Positions 29,916-39,928 of a stretch of DNA of 64,000 bases are shown piece by piece. The position numbers and the translations under genes were made by a program. Source of the stretch: an uncultured Candidatus Entotheonella sp. (GTDB taxonomy: Bacteria > Tectomicrobia > Entotheonellia > Entotheonellales > Entotheonellaceae); contig OZ244252.1 in the NCBI GenBank assembly GCA_965217185.1, positions 672,001 through 736,000 on the forward strand, written 5' to 3'. Positions within the stretch are counted from its first letter, which is position 1, and every line of letters starts with the position of its first letter. Under the pieces are notes generated by a model. That model saw nothing but the letters and a program-made list of their open reading frames with translations. It made no database searches and was not told where the DNA came from.

Positions 29916-31091
29916 TCAGAAGGCATCCAACCCCGTCAGCGCACGGCCCAGAACCAGGGTGTGAATCTCGTCGGTGCCCTCGTAGGTGTACACCGATTCG
30001 AGGTTGAGCAGGTGCCGGATGGGCGCGTGTTCCAGCGAGATGCCGCTGGCGCCGTGGATCGAGCGTGCCGTGCGGGCGATGGCCAGCGCCTGCCGCACGT
30101 TGTTCTTCTTGGCCAGGCTGACCTGATACGGCGTCAGCCGGTCCTCGTCCTTGAGGCGGGCGAAGTGCATGTTCATCAACTGGCTCTTGGCGATTTCCAC
30201 CGCCATGTCGACCAGGTGTTCCTGGATCAACTGCTTGCTGCCGATCGGCACGCCGAATTGCACCCGACTGCGGCTGTAATCCAGGGCCGAGTCGAAGCAC
30301 GCCCGCGCCGCCCCCATGACGCCCCAAGAGACCCCGAAGCGCGCCTGGTTGAGGCAGGCCAGGGGCGAGCCCAGGCCGCGCGATTCGGGAAGGAGGTTTT
30401 CCTTGGGGATGCGGCAGTCCGACAGCACGATTTCGCCGGTATGCGAGGCGCGCATGGACATTTTACGCAGGATGGCGGGGGTGTCGAAGCCGGGGGTGCC
30501 GCGCTCGACCAGAAAGCCGCGCACTGTTTGATGGTCGTCCGCCGCCAGCTTGGCCCACACGACCGCCACGTCGCACACCGACGAGTTGGTGATCCACATC
30601 TTGCTGCCGTTGAGCACGTAGGCGTCGCCGTCCGGGCGCGCCATGGTACGCATGGCGCCGGGGTCGGAGCCGGAGTCGGGTTCCGTGAGCCCGAAGCAGC
30701 CGATGGTCTCGCCCCTGGCCATGCGCGGCAGCCAGTGTTGCCGCTGCGCTTCGGAGCCGAAGCGGTAGATGGCATACATGGCCAGCGAGCCCTGCACCGA
30801 TACGAAGCTGCGCAGGCCGCTGTCGCCGTACTCCAACTCCTGCAGGATGAGGCCATAGGTGACCGCATTGACCCCGGCACAGCCGTAGCCCTTGATGCTG
30901 GCGCCGAGCAGACCGAGGCCGGCGATCTCCGGCACCAGGTGGTCGGGGAAGGTGTGCTGCTCGAAATGCTCGCCGACAATCGGCAGGTACTTTTCCGCTA
31001 CGAACTGCCGCACCGTGTCGCGCGTCAGGCGTTCGTCGTCGGTCAGCATCGAGTCGATGTCGGTGAGTTGGTCCAGGGCGATGGGCTCCAT
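29916..31091 (-). CDS. Acyl-CoA dehydrogenase, glutaryl-CoA dehydrogenase-like
   Basis: DSGLRSFVSVQGSL, GCFGLTEPDSGSDP, LESVYTYEGT. Confidence 0.9.
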   Translation of the reverse strand: MEPIALDQLTDIDSMLTDDERLTRDTVRQFVAEKYLPIVGEHFEQHTFPDHLVPEIAGLGLLGASIKGYGCAGVNAVTYGLILQELEYGDSGLRSFVSVQGSLAMYAIYRFGSEAQRQHWLPRMARGETIGCFGLTEPDSGSDPGAMRTMARPDGDAYVLNGSKMWITNSSVCDVAVVWAKLAADDHQTVRGFLVERGTPGFDTPAILRKMSMRASHTGEIVLSDCRIPKENLLPESRGLGSPLACLNQARFGVSWGVMGAARACFDSALDYSRSRVQFGVPIGSKQLIQEHLVDMAVEIAKSQLMNMHFARLKDEDRLTPYQVSLAKKNNVRQALAIARTARSIHGASGISLEHAPIRHLLNLESVYTYEGTDEIHTLVLGRALTGLDAF

Positions 31092-31114
31092 GCCGTCTCC
31101 TCGGGCGCCGCGGC

Positions 31115-32260
31115 CTACGCCACGTTCGACAGCACCAGAGTGCCGGCGGCGGAGAGCATGCCGCCCATGCCGTTCACCAGCGACAGGCTGGCGTTCGGCA
31201 CCTGGCGGGCGCCGCACTCGCCGCGCAGTTGGCGGGTGGCTTCGAGGATCGGGAAGATGCCGTACATGCCCGAGTGGGTGTACGACAGGCCGCCGCCGTT
31301 GGTGTTGATCGGCAGCGAGCCGCCGGGAGTGGAGCGGCCTTCCTCGAAGAACGTGACGCCCTCGCCGGGCTCGCACATGCCGAGGGATTCGAGCATGATC
31401 GGCGGGCCGGAGGTGAAGGCGTCGTAGAGCATCACGTGGTCGAAATCGCCCGGCTTGACGCCCGCCATTTCAAAGGCGCGCTTGCCGGAGATGCGCGTCG
31501 CCTCGCTCAGTGGCAAGCCCTTCATCTGCGTCACCATGACGTGCTCGGTGCCCTCGCCGGTGCCGCGCACGTACACGGGCTTCTTGGCGCAATCCTTGGC
31601 GCGCTCGGCGCGTGTCAGCACCACGGCGCCGCCGGCGTCGGTGACCAGGCAGATGTTCAGCACGTTGAACGGGTAGCAGATCTGCCGCGAGTTCAGCACC
31701 TCCTCGACGGTCAGCGGATCGCGGTACATGGCTTTGGGATTCAGCCCGGCCCAGGCGCGCGTGGAAACCGCAACCTGCGCCCACTGCTCCAGGGTGGTGC
31801 CGTAGTCGTGCATGTGGCGCGTGGTGATGAGGCCGAAATACGTCGGCGCGCCGCCGAAGCCGAAGGGGGTCTCGAACTGGCCGCTCAGGCTGGCATCGCG
31901 CCCGCGCGTCACGCCGACGCCGGACCTGCCGCTCTCGCCGTGCGAGATCACCGCCACGTCGCACAGGCCGTGGTGCAGCGCCAGCATGGCGTGCTCCACC
32001 ATGATCATGAAGGAACAGCCGCCGACGCTGGTGCCGTCCACGTAGCGCGGCGTGATGCCCAGCGCCTCGCCGAGCAGGGCCGGGGAGTGCTGCCCGGCGG
32101 TGAAGATGCCGTCTACGTCGCTCACCTGCAGGCCGGCGTCGCGCACCGCGTTGCTGATCGCTTCCAGGTGCAGAGCCAGCTGGCTGGTATTGGGCAGCAC
32201 GCCGATGGCGTCGCTCTCGTCCACACCGACGATACATACGGAATTGCTTAAGCCTTTCAT
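31115..32260 (-). CDS. SCP-x type thiolase family protein
   Basis: VGGCS, VTDAGGA, LYDAFT, PINTNGGGLSYTH. Confidence 0.88.
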   Translation of the reverse strand: MKGLSNSVCIVGVDESDAIGVLPNTSQLALHLEAISNAVRDAGLQVSDVDGIFTAGQHSPALLGEALGITPRYVDGTSVGGCSFMIMVEHAMLALHHGLCDVAVISHGESGRSGVGVTRGRDASLSGQFETPFGFGGAPTYFGLITTRHMHDYGTTLEQWAQVAVSTRAWAGLNPKAMYRDPLTVEEVLNSRQICYPFNVLNICLVTDAGGAVVLTRAERAKDCAKKPVYVRGTGEGTEHVMVTQMKGLPLSEATRISGKRAFEMAGVKPGDFDHVMLYDAFTSGPPIMLESLGMCEPGEGVTFFEEGRSTPGGSLPINTNGGGLSYTHSGMYGIFPILEATRQLRGECGARQVPNASLSLVNGMGGMLSAAGTLVLSNVA

Positions 32261-32295
32261 ACGGACCTCTCTTGCCGCCGGATTTCGACCGGGGG

Positions 32296-32712
32296 TTAGC
32301 TGGCTGGCTGGAACAGGGGAAGCGTGACGTCGTCGTTCAGCTTGTGGAACACCACCTCCACCGGCATGTCGCAACGGATGACCTGCGGGTCGGGCTCGAT
32401 GTTGATGAGGTTGGACAGCATGCGCGGCCCTTCTTCGAGTTGCACCATGGCCAGGACGTAGGGCAGGGGGGTCTTGACCTCGCGCACGAATGCACGGTGG
32501 AGAATTTCAAATGAATACAAGACACCCTTGCCGCTGGCTTCGACCCAGGAGATGTTGCGGGAGTGGGTGAACGGGGAAACGGCGCGCGGGTAGAAGAAGA
32601 CCTGGCCGGTGTCGTCGCATCTGGGGAGCAGCAGCTTGCCTTCCTTCAGGCCGTCCCAGAACGGTCTGGTTTCCGGGGTTATCGGAGCTGGCAAGGGGCG
32701 TTCAAGTTCCAT
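32296..32712 (-). CDS. DUF35 Zn-ribbon/OB-fold protein
   Basis: TRPFWDG, SGKGVLYSF, PYVLAMVQLEEGPRM; adjacent to the thiolase. Confidence 0.88.
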   Translation of the reverse strand: MELERPLPAPITPETRPFWDGLKEGKLLLPRCDDTGQVFFYPRAVSPFTHSRNISWVEASGKGVLYSFEILHRAFVREVKTPLPYVLAMVQLEEGPRMLSNLINIEPDPQVIRCDMPVEVVFHKLNDDVTLPLFQPAS

Positions 32713-32890
32713 CGGCTTCCTTTCCGAGGCGTGGCCAAAGACCGGTAACGGATTGTGGTTGACTGGGGCGCCACTATACGCCGATTGCGTGGTGGAATCT
32801 ACGCGCTATTGACTCGCAAGGCCGTTTTGGTCATGCTGATTCGCCCGGTTGCGCGCACGGAAAATGGTGGACCCACTGAGGAGAATGACC

Positions 32891-34084
32891 ATGTCGCGGC
32901 GTATGGACGTTTACCTGGAATCCCTGGTTGCGACGGAACGGTTCATGTTCTACCAGACGGTGTGCGAATTTGCGCAGCAGGAGATCGCGCCGCACCTGTT
33001 GAGCTGGGAACGGCAACGCTGCCTGCTGCCCGAAAAGGCCGTGCAGGCGATGGCGGACCTGGGGCTGTTCGGCCTCACGGTTGGGGAGGAATACGGCGGC
33101 CAGGGTGGCTTGCAGACGGAGCTGGTGCTGATGGGCTTGGCGCTGGGCTACCACAGCCATAGCGTCGCCATCACGCCGGGCGCTGCCGCCAGCCTGGGCA
33201 TCAAGCCGCTGCAACTGTACGGACGCGGGGATCAGAAACAAGCCCATCTCCCGGACCTGGCAGCGGGCCGCCGCATGTTCGTCTTCGGCCTGTCGGAGCC
33301 GGGGCGGGGCTCGGACGCTGCCAATCCGCAAGTCACCGCCACGCGCATCCCCGGCGGCTGGCGTTTGAACGGTGAGAAGTGCTGGTCCACCAATGCCAAA
33401 TGGGCCAGCCACGTCGTCGTGCACGCCATGACCCGGCCGCAGAACCCGCCCGGGCACCGCTCCACCTGCTTCATCGTGCCGATGGACGACCCCAGCCTCT
33501 CGTACCACGAAATGGGCGGCAAGGAGGTGTGGCTGCAATCCTCCACCGGCGCCATCGCCCTGGACGGCGTCGCGGTGCCGGAATCGGCCATGCTGGGCGA
33601 GGAGGACGAGGGATTCCGGGTGATGGTGACGACACTGAACGGCGGCCGCTTGTTCATCGCCTCGCTGGCGTTGGCCTCACTGGCCTTCGCGCTGGACGCC
33701 TGCCGCAGCTACGCACAGGAGCGCCAACAGTTCGCCGATCAGCCGATCGGGCGGTTCCAGCGCGTGCAGGACGTGCTGCTCGACATGGACATCGCCCTGG
33801 AGCAGGGCCTCACTTGGCTGATGCACTGCGTGGCCCAGTACGAGGCCGGCAATCTGAGCCGCGAGTCGGCGGCCAAGGTCAAGATCGAGTGCTCACGGCG
33901 CGCCTCCGAGCTGCTGCCGCTGGCCATGGAAATCTGCGGCGGCGTCGCCTGTCTCGACGAATTTGGGCTCATCCGCCACCAGCGCGACCTGTTCGTGTGC
34001 CGCGTCGGCGAGGGCAGCAACTTCGCCCTGAAGACTCTGGCGGTGCGGCCGCTGATGCCCAATATCCAGGAATTGTTGCACTAG
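32891..34084 (+). CDS. Acyl-CoA dehydrogenase family protein
   Basis: FGLSEPGRGSD, LNGEKCWSTN, RQQF..PIGRFQ, GEGSN. Confidence 0.88.
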   Translation: MSRRMDVYLESLVATERFMFYQTVCEFAQQEIAPHLLSWERQRCLLPEKAVQAMADLGLFGLTVGEEYGGQGGLQTELVLMGLALGYHSHSVAITPGAAASLGIKPLQLYGRGDQKQAHLPDLAAGRRMFVFGLSEPGRGSDAANPQVTATRIPGGWRLNGEKCWSTNAKWASHVVVHAMTRPQNPPGHRSTCFIVPMDDPSLSYHEMGGKEVWLQSSTGAIALDGVAVPESAMLGEEDEGFRVMVTTLNGGRLFIASLALASLAFALDACRSYAQERQQFADQPIGRFQRVQDVLLDMDIALEQGLTWLMHCVAQYEAGNLSRESAAKVKIECSRRASELLPLAMEICGGVACLDEFGLIRHQRDLFVCRVGEGSNFALKTLAVRPLMPNIQELLH

Positions 34085-34095
34085 GCGGGGAAGCC

Positions 34096-35184
34096 ATGAC
34101 GACGCGCGTTTACAACTTCAATGCCGGGCCGGCGACGTTGCCGCTGACCGTTTTGCAGCAGGTGCAGATGGACCTGCTCGACTTCGGCGGCACCGGCATG
34201 TCCATCCTGGAAACCAGCCACCGCGGGCCGGTGTACGACGAGATTCACCAGCAGGCCATCGCCGACCTGCGAGAGCTGTTTGGCGGCAGCGACGACCACG
34301 CCATCCTGTTCATGGGCGGTGGCGCGCAGACGCAGTTCGCCCTGATACCGATGAACCTGCTACCCCAGGGCGGACACGCTGCCTATCTGGAGACCGGCGT
34401 CTGGGGCGAGGCGGCCCGCGAGGAAGCCGGCAAGATGGGCGACGCCCGCACCCTGTGGTCCAGCGCCCCCTGCGGCCACGACCGCGTTCCCGGTCCTGAC
34501 GATTACCAGGTGCCCCCGGACGCCGCCTACCTGCATTACACCAGCAACAACTCGATCATGGGCACGCAGTACGCCGCCGTTCCCGAAGCGGGCGAGGTGC
34601 CGCTGGTGTGCGACATGTCGTCGGACATCCTGAGCTACCCCATCGATCTGAAACAGTTCGGGCTCATCTACGGCGGCGCCCAGAAGAACATGGGGGCGGC
34701 CGGCGTCACGCTGGTGGTCATCCGGCGCGACCTGCTGACACGTTGCCGCTCCGACCTGCCGACGATGCTGAGTTATGCCGGCATGGCGGCTACCAACTCG
34801 CTGCAGAACACGCCGCCGGTGTTCGCCATCTACATTGTCGGCCTGGTTGCCCGGCGCATGCTGGAGCAGGGCGGCATGACGGCGGTGGCGGCCCGCAACG
34901 ACGAGAAGGCTGGGCTGCTGTACGGCGCCATCGACGACTCCGGCGGCTTTTACCGCGGCCACGCACAGCCGGGCAGCCGCTCGCGCATGAACGTTACGTT
35001 CCACCTATCGAGCGAGGAGTTGACGGCGCTGTTCGTCAGCGAGGCTGCCGGAGAAGGGCTGCTGGGCCTGAAAGGGCATCAGGCCCTCGGTGGCATCCGC
35101 GTTTCCCTGTACAATGCCGTGACCGTCGACGCCGTGCGCGCCTTGGTGGACTTCATGGCGGCGTTTCGGCAGCGGCATGGCTGA
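34096..35184 (+). CDS. serC: Phosphoserine aminotransferase
   Basis: YNFNAGPATLP, SHRG, DMSS, GAQKNMG, NTPP, GGIRVSLYNA. Confidence 0.95.
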   Translation: MTTRVYNFNAGPATLPLTVLQQVQMDLLDFGGTGMSILETSHRGPVYDEIHQQAIADLRELFGGSDDHAILFMGGGAQTQFALIPMNLLPQGGHAAYLETGVWGEAAREEAGKMGDARTLWSSAPCGHDRVPGPDDYQVPPDAAYLHYTSNNSIMGTQYAAVPEAGEVPLVCDMSSDILSYPIDLKQFGLIYGGAQKNMGAAGVTLVVIRRDLLTRCRSDLPTMLSYAGMAATNSLQNTPPVFAIYIVGLVARRMLEQGGMTAVAARNDEKAGLLYGAIDDSGGFYRGHAQPGSRSRMNVTFHLSSEELTALFVSEAAGEGLLGLKGHQALGGIRVSLYNAVTVDAVRALVDFMAAFRQRHG

Positions 35185-35205
35185 GCGGCGCCGGGAAGGG
35201 GAGGC

Positions 35206-36147
35206 GTGAAGGCGCGGTACCTGTCGTTCAAACCGTTCCTGCTGTGGCGGAACGTCGAGTGGCCCATCGACTGGCCGGGACAGTTTGGCTCGCAGACCCC
35301 CTTGGAAGTGGAAATCGGCTTTGGTAACGGCGAGTTTCTGGTGCGCCGGGCGCAAGAGCGACCGGATCGGCACTTCATCGGCATCGAACTCGAATGGGCG
35401 TCGGTGCAGCGTGCCTTGCGGCGTGTTGCAAAATCCCAGGTTTCTAACGTTCGATTGTTACTGGTTGACGCCCACTTGGCGCTGCAGCGTCTCTTCGATC
35501 CGCTCGCGCTGCAGCGCGTCTACAGCCTGTTTCCGTGCCCATGGCCGAAAGAACGCCACGCCAAGTATCGCCTGTTTTCGCACGCCTTCCTCACGCTCCT
35601 CAACAGCCGCCTGCAGCCGGATGGCGAGGTGCTCGTGGCTACCGACCACGAGCCCTACCTGCGCTGGGTGCTGGAGCAAATTCCCGGCAGCGGCTTCGAG
35701 GCGGATTGGCGGGTTATTGCACCGCATTTTCGTACCAAGTACGAACGCAAGTGGGTGGCCGGCGGACAGCAGGTATTTTACGAATTGCGGCTGCAAAAAG
35801 TCGCGCATCACGCCGTGCCGCTGACCAAGGAGATTGACGTGCAAGCTCGCCGCGTGGAGCAATTCGATCCCCAGCAATTGAAACTGCCTAGGGCCAGCAA
35901 GCTTTGTTCCGACCACCCGCCGGTTACCGTCCGTTGCCGAGACTTCCTTTACGACCCGGAGCGCCGCAAGGCCATGGTCGCGGTGCTCGTTGCCGAGGCG
36001 GACCTGACGCAGGATTTCTGGATCGAGATCGTTTGCCGCGGCGATCACTGGAGCATCCGTCCCGCCCGCGGCTGCGGCGTGGTGTTCACCGCCGGCGTGC
36101 AGCGCGCCATCGATCTGATCTGGGAAGCGGCCGCCGGTAAGCCGTGA
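35206..36147 (+). CDS. trmB: tRNA (guanine-N7)-methyltransferase with C-terminal extension
   Basis: EIGFGNGEF, FPCPWPKERH, TDH, TKYERKW. Confidence 0.9.
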   Translation: MKARYLSFKPFLLWRNVEWPIDWPGQFGSQTPLEVEIGFGNGEFLVRRAQERPDRHFIGIELEWASVQRALRRVAKSQVSNVRLLLVDAHLALQRLFDPLALQRVYSLFPCPWPKERHAKYRLFSHAFLTLLNSRLQPDGEVLVATDHEPYLRWVLEQIPGSGFEADWRVIAPHFRTKYERKWVAGGQQVFYELRLQKVAHHAVPLTKEIDVQARRVEQFDPQQLKLPRASKLCSDHPPVTVRCRDFLYDPERRKAMVAVLVAEADLTQDFWIEIVCRGDHWSIRPARGCGVVFTAGVQRAIDLIWEAAAGKP

Positions 36148-36158
36148 AGGAGACCGCC

Positions 36159-37229
36159 ATGCAATCCGATCACGCATCCGGTCCGCGCACCGACCTGCGG
36201 GACGGTTTTTCGGACCAACTGCGCCCGACCGTAGCCCTCGACTTGGCGAGCGTCGAGAGCTTCTCGGACCTCGTCGCGGCTATGAGCCAAACGGCCTTTG
36301 GCGGACGCAATCTTGGCGAGGCCGCCGACGTGTTGTACGACATGGTCGCCGATCCGGACTGCTTCGTGGTCGGAACTTTTTCCGGTGCCATGACTATTGC
36401 CAAAATGGGTCTGGTGCTCTCCGACATGATCGAGCACCGCATGCTCGACGCCGTGGTGTCCACCGGCGCCCTGATGGCGCATGGCTTTGTCGAAGCCGCC
36501 GGTCGCACCCATTTCAAGTACGATCCCGCCATGGACGACCGCGAGTTGTATTACCGCGGTTACAACCGCGTCTACGACACCCTCGAATTGGAAAAGAATC
36601 TCGACGACATTTCCGACATCCTGGTGCGCGTGCTGGAAAACGTCGATCCCGGCCACACCCTGAGCAGCCACGAGATCAACCGTCTGATCGGCGCCTATCT
36701 GCTGGAACAGGGGGCAGGCCGCGGCATTCTGCAAAGCGCCTGCAAACACCAGGTGCCGGTTTACGTGCCCGCCTTCACCGATTCCGAACTGGGGTTGGAT
36801 TTCGCGTTGTACAACCGTCAGCGGCGCGCTGCCGGCAAGCCGGCATTTGCTTTCGACCCGTTTCTAGACCTGGAGCACTACGCCGAATGCCTCCGTCCCC
36901 GCGAGGTGCTGGGCATTTTCACTATCGGCGGCGGTGTGCCCCGCAACTGGGGTCAGCAGGTCGGCCCGTATCTGGAAATCATCCAGAAACGCATCGGTCA
37001 CGGCGGTGCCTTCCGGCGTTTTACGTACGGCGTGCGCATCTGCCCCGAGCCGGTGCACTGGGGCGGCTTGTCGGGCTGCACCTACGCCGAGGGCATTTCG
37101 TGGGGCAAATTCGTGCCGCCCAACGAGGGCGGGCGGTTTGCCGAGGTGCCGTGTGACGCTACCATTGCCTGGCCGCTGCTCGTCAAGAGCGTGCAGGAGC
37201 GCTTGGCGGCGCGTCCGCAGGAGGGTTGA
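36159..37229 (+). CDS. Deoxyhypusine synthase-like protein (possible homospermidine synthase)
   Basis: VSTGA, NRVYD, PAFTDS, GGGVPRNW, GGLSGCTY.EGISWGK, DATIAWP. Confidence 0.9.
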   Translation: MQSDHASGPRTDLRDGFSDQLRPTVALDLASVESFSDLVAAMSQTAFGGRNLGEAADVLYDMVADPDCFVVGTFSGAMTIAKMGLVLSDMIEHRMLDAVVSTGALMAHGFVEAAGRTHFKYDPAMDDRELYYRGYNRVYDTLELEKNLDDISDILVRVLENVDPGHTLSSHEINRLIGAYLLEQGAGRGILQSACKHQVPVYVPAFTDSELGLDFALYNRQRRAAGKPAFAFDPFLDLEHYAECLRPREVLGIFTIGGGVPRNWGQQVGPYLEIIQKRIGHGGAFRRFTYGVRICPEPVHWGGLSGCTYAEGISWGKFVPPNEGGRFAEVPCDATIAWPLLVKSVQERLAARPQEG

Positions 37230-37233
37230 CAGC

Positions 37234-37461
37234 GTGGCGACAGAACGACTGAGCTTGCGAATCGACGCGGATCTCAAGAAGCGCCTTGAACGGGAAGCCC
37301 AGGCCGAGAAACGAGCCGCGGTCCGCGCGACGGTCTCAGAAGCCGACGAGGGTGCCTTCATTTCGCAGGAGGCGATGGACGCCTGGATTTCCTCCTGGGG
37401 TAAGGCCTCGAAGCTTCCGCCGCCCGAACCCGATATTCACATCGTTTCGACCGACCGATGA
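37234..37461 (+). pseudogene. CopG/RHH antitoxin, apparently with internal deletion
   Basis: LSLRIDADLKKRL N-terminus joined to EADEGAFISQEAMDAW..W..LPPPEPD tail; second RHH helix seems absent. Confidence 0.6.
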
Positions 37462-37540
37462 AGCTTGTTTTCTTGCCGTTCGTCCGTTCGGAACTGCTGT
37501 GGATACGCACCTACTACTTTCACACTTTCCCGGATTGCGC
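37458..37540 (+). pseudogene. N-terminal remnant of a RelE/ParE toxin
   Basis: ATGA overlap with the antitoxin; MKLVFLP..RSELLWIRTYY. Confidence 0.5.
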
Positions 37541-37814
37541 TCTGGAACCAAAGAAATTCCGAATTGAGGAAACATCAGATGATGAGGGCAACTCTGTACA
37601 AGAGTGGCGGGCATCGCGGACGATCCCCGGACGCTTTTGTCGGTTCTATACAGAGGATGAAGGGTTCGGTGCCGCCGGTGAAAGTTTCTGCCGAGTTTTA
37701 ATTTCCCGGGTAGCCTGTACTACCCGGTTATTCCGCGGTCACGTCAGTCTGACCAGCCCGGCTACTTACGACGACAGCCTGTCGTTATACTACCTCCGAT
37801 CAAGGGAGCGAAGA

Positions 37815-38693
37815 ATGCCATCGACAGCATCGCGGCTGCAGCTGGAGTTAAACGCCATAACCGGAAGACTTGAAGACCTCCTTAAGGAACTGCCGATCGA
37901 ACGTTTTGAAAATACTGCTCCCGGCATTGTATTCATCTGTCCAGAATATCATTGGGGTCAGGCGTCTGCTGAACAGGTCAAGGCTCAACTCGCAATCAAG
38001 CGCGACTATGAGCGGTGGTTTGAGGTCTTCAGTTCGGTCTTTCGCATAGCTCCTGACAACCTAAGCCGCAGAATTAAGGAGGCTGATCAAGAGTTTCGTC
38101 AATGGGTGGAGTTGAATTCAAACTGGATACTCTCTTCTGACCGCGTAGTGAATGAGAAGCACCTACGGGAAGTTGCGGAACGATTCGAAGAGATACTTGC
38201 CATAGTGAAGTCCGATGGAACTGTCGAAACCATCTTGATTCCTGATACAAACGCAGTGATTAACGCGCCTGATCCGACTGCATACAAGGCCATCGCCGAT
38301 GCCGATGATGACCGTTTTGTGTTTCTTCTGCTACCTACTGTTCTGGCCGAACTGGACACATTGAAAAATTCTCACAGGAATGAGGGCTTCAGAGAAAAAG
38401 TGAAAAAGGCCATTACTAGGATCAAGGGCTGGCGCCGTCAAGGGTCCCTTCTTGATGGAGTAACAGTAAATAAAAACATCACCGTCAAGGCTGGCGCCAT
38501 CGAGCCGGATATGGAGCATACCCTGACGTGGCTCGATGAACATAATCGAGATGACCGGATTATCGCGACTGTTCTGGAAGCCCAATCCGCCCATCCTGCT
38601 GCACGAGCGATTCTGGTATCTGGGGATATCAACTTGTTGAGTAAGGCCGATATGGTTTGGATAGAAACAGCCGAATCGCCGAAACAAAGCTAA
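37815..38693 (+). CDS. PIN-domain protein
   Basis: IPDTN, VLAELD.LK, DDRII, LVSGDINL; AGGGAG RBS before ATG 37815; lower GC. Confidence 0.85.
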   Translation: MPSTASRLQLELNAITGRLEDLLKELPIERFENTAPGIVFICPEYHWGQASAEQVKAQLAIKRDYERWFEVFSSVFRIAPDNLSRRIKEADQEFRQWVELNSNWILSSDRVVNEKHLREVAERFEEILAIVKSDGTVETILIPDTNAVINAPDPTAYKAIADADDDRFVFLLLPTVLAELDTLKNSHRNEGFREKVKKAITRIKGWRRQGSLLDGVTVNKNITVKAGAIEPDMEHTLTWLDEHNRDDRIIATVLEAQSAHPAARAILVSGDINLLSKADMVWIETAESPKQS

Positions 38694-38809
38694 AGCCGGC
38701 GGATTGGACAGTAAGGAATTTCACGCCCAAACTGGACGTGCATTTCGCCTGCCTGAAAGTCCCGAAGGGGTAAAATGCTGACAGCGCCAGTCGAAACGGC
38801 GGGCAGGAC

Positions 38810-39826
38810 GTGACGGCCGCTTCCAATCCCCGTATATCCATCCTGCTGCCGGCTTGGAATGCCGCGCAAACCCTGCCCGCCTGTCTACGCAGCCTGCAAC
38901 GCCAGAGCGAGGAACGTTGGCACTGCGTGATCGTCGATGACGGCTCGCAGGATGACACCCTGGCATGTGCCCGCGACTTTGTAGCTCAAGACCCGCGCTT
39001 TGAGATCGTCAGCACACCCCATCGCGGCATTGTTCCTGCCCTGAACACCGGGTTGCAACGGTGCCGTGCACCCCTGATTGCCCGCATGGACGCCGACGAC
39101 CTGATGCACCGCCACCGCCTGGCAGCGCAGGCGCAGGCGCTGCGAGCAGATCCCCGACTCGCCGCCGTCGGTTGTCACGTTCGCCTGTTTCCACGCCGCC
39201 ATCTGAGGCCCGGCCGACGTGCCTACGAGCGCTGGTTGAACAGCCTGGACTCGGCGGACCGGGTGCGGCAGGACGCCTTTGTCGAGTGTCCGGTGGCGCA
39301 CCCGACGCTGATGATGCGCCGGGCCCTGTTGATGGATCTCGGCTATCGAGACTGCGGTTGGCCGGAAGATTACGATCTGCTGTTACGCATCCTGACGCGC
39401 GGCTGGCGGGTAGGCGTGGTGCCGCGGCGGCTGTTGAGTTGGCGCGACGCCCCGCAACGCCTGTCGCGCACCCATCCGGCCTACGACTTGGCACGCTTCA
39501 CGGCCTGCAAGGCGGCCTTTCTCGCCCATCACTTTTTGGCTGACACGGATACCTACGTGCTGTGGGGCTATGGCAGCACCGGCAAGGCGCTGCGGCGCGC
39601 CCTGCTGCGGTACGGTAAAACGCCCTCGCACATCGTCGAGCTGCATCCCGGACGGCTGGGCAAGCGCATTCACGGCGCCCCGGTTATCCCGCCGCAGGCG
39701 TTGCCGGGCCTGCCGCGACGTCCGCTGATCGCCTCGGTGGCCGGGGAGCAGGCGCGGGGCGAGATTCGGAACGCCCTTGGGCACATGGGCTTCGTCGATG
39801 GCCGGGACTTCGTTTGTGCAGCTTAA
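38810..39826 (+). CDS. Glycosyltransferase family 2
   Basis: SILLPAWN, VDDGSQD, ARMDADD, EDYDL. Confidence 0.92.
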   Translation: MTAASNPRISILLPAWNAAQTLPACLRSLQRQSEERWHCVIVDDGSQDDTLACARDFVAQDPRFEIVSTPHRGIVPALNTGLQRCRAPLIARMDADDLMHRHRLAAQAQALRADPRLAAVGCHVRLFPRRHLRPGRRAYERWLNSLDSADRVRQDAFVECPVAHPTLMMRRALLMDLGYRDCGWPEDYDLLLRILTRGWRVGVVPRRLLSWRDAPQRLSRTHPAYDLARFTACKAAFLAHHFLADTDTYVLWGYGSTGKALRRALLRYGKTPSHIVELHPGRLGKRIHGAPVIPPQALPGLPRRPLIASVAGEQARGEIRNALGHMGFVDGRDFVCAA

Positions 39827-39928
39827 TCTTGCCTTTGATGCCGAAGTCAGGCGCTGGGACGCAGGGTAAGCGCGCATGGCGTCATCCAGCCAACACCTGC
39901 GATAGACTGAGCATGGTCGGATCAAAAT

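Noticed and set aside
33379..34095. Long N-terminal extensions in the ORF track (serC, ARH, acyl-CoA DH, LivM, lipoprotein at 56587)
   Set aside because: They overlap upstream genes in other frames; starts were reassigned by RBS and family N-termini
37458..37814. ORF-track 411-aa protein as a genuine RelE-PIN fusion
   Set aside because: The intervening sequence looks degenerate and a good RBS/ATG exists at 37815; read-through is not excluded but is unsupported
38745..38810. Hammerhead-like RNA (CTGACAG...CGAAAC within a CCTGCC/GGCAGG stem)
   Set aside because: The core does not match CUGANGA and the stems are inconsistent
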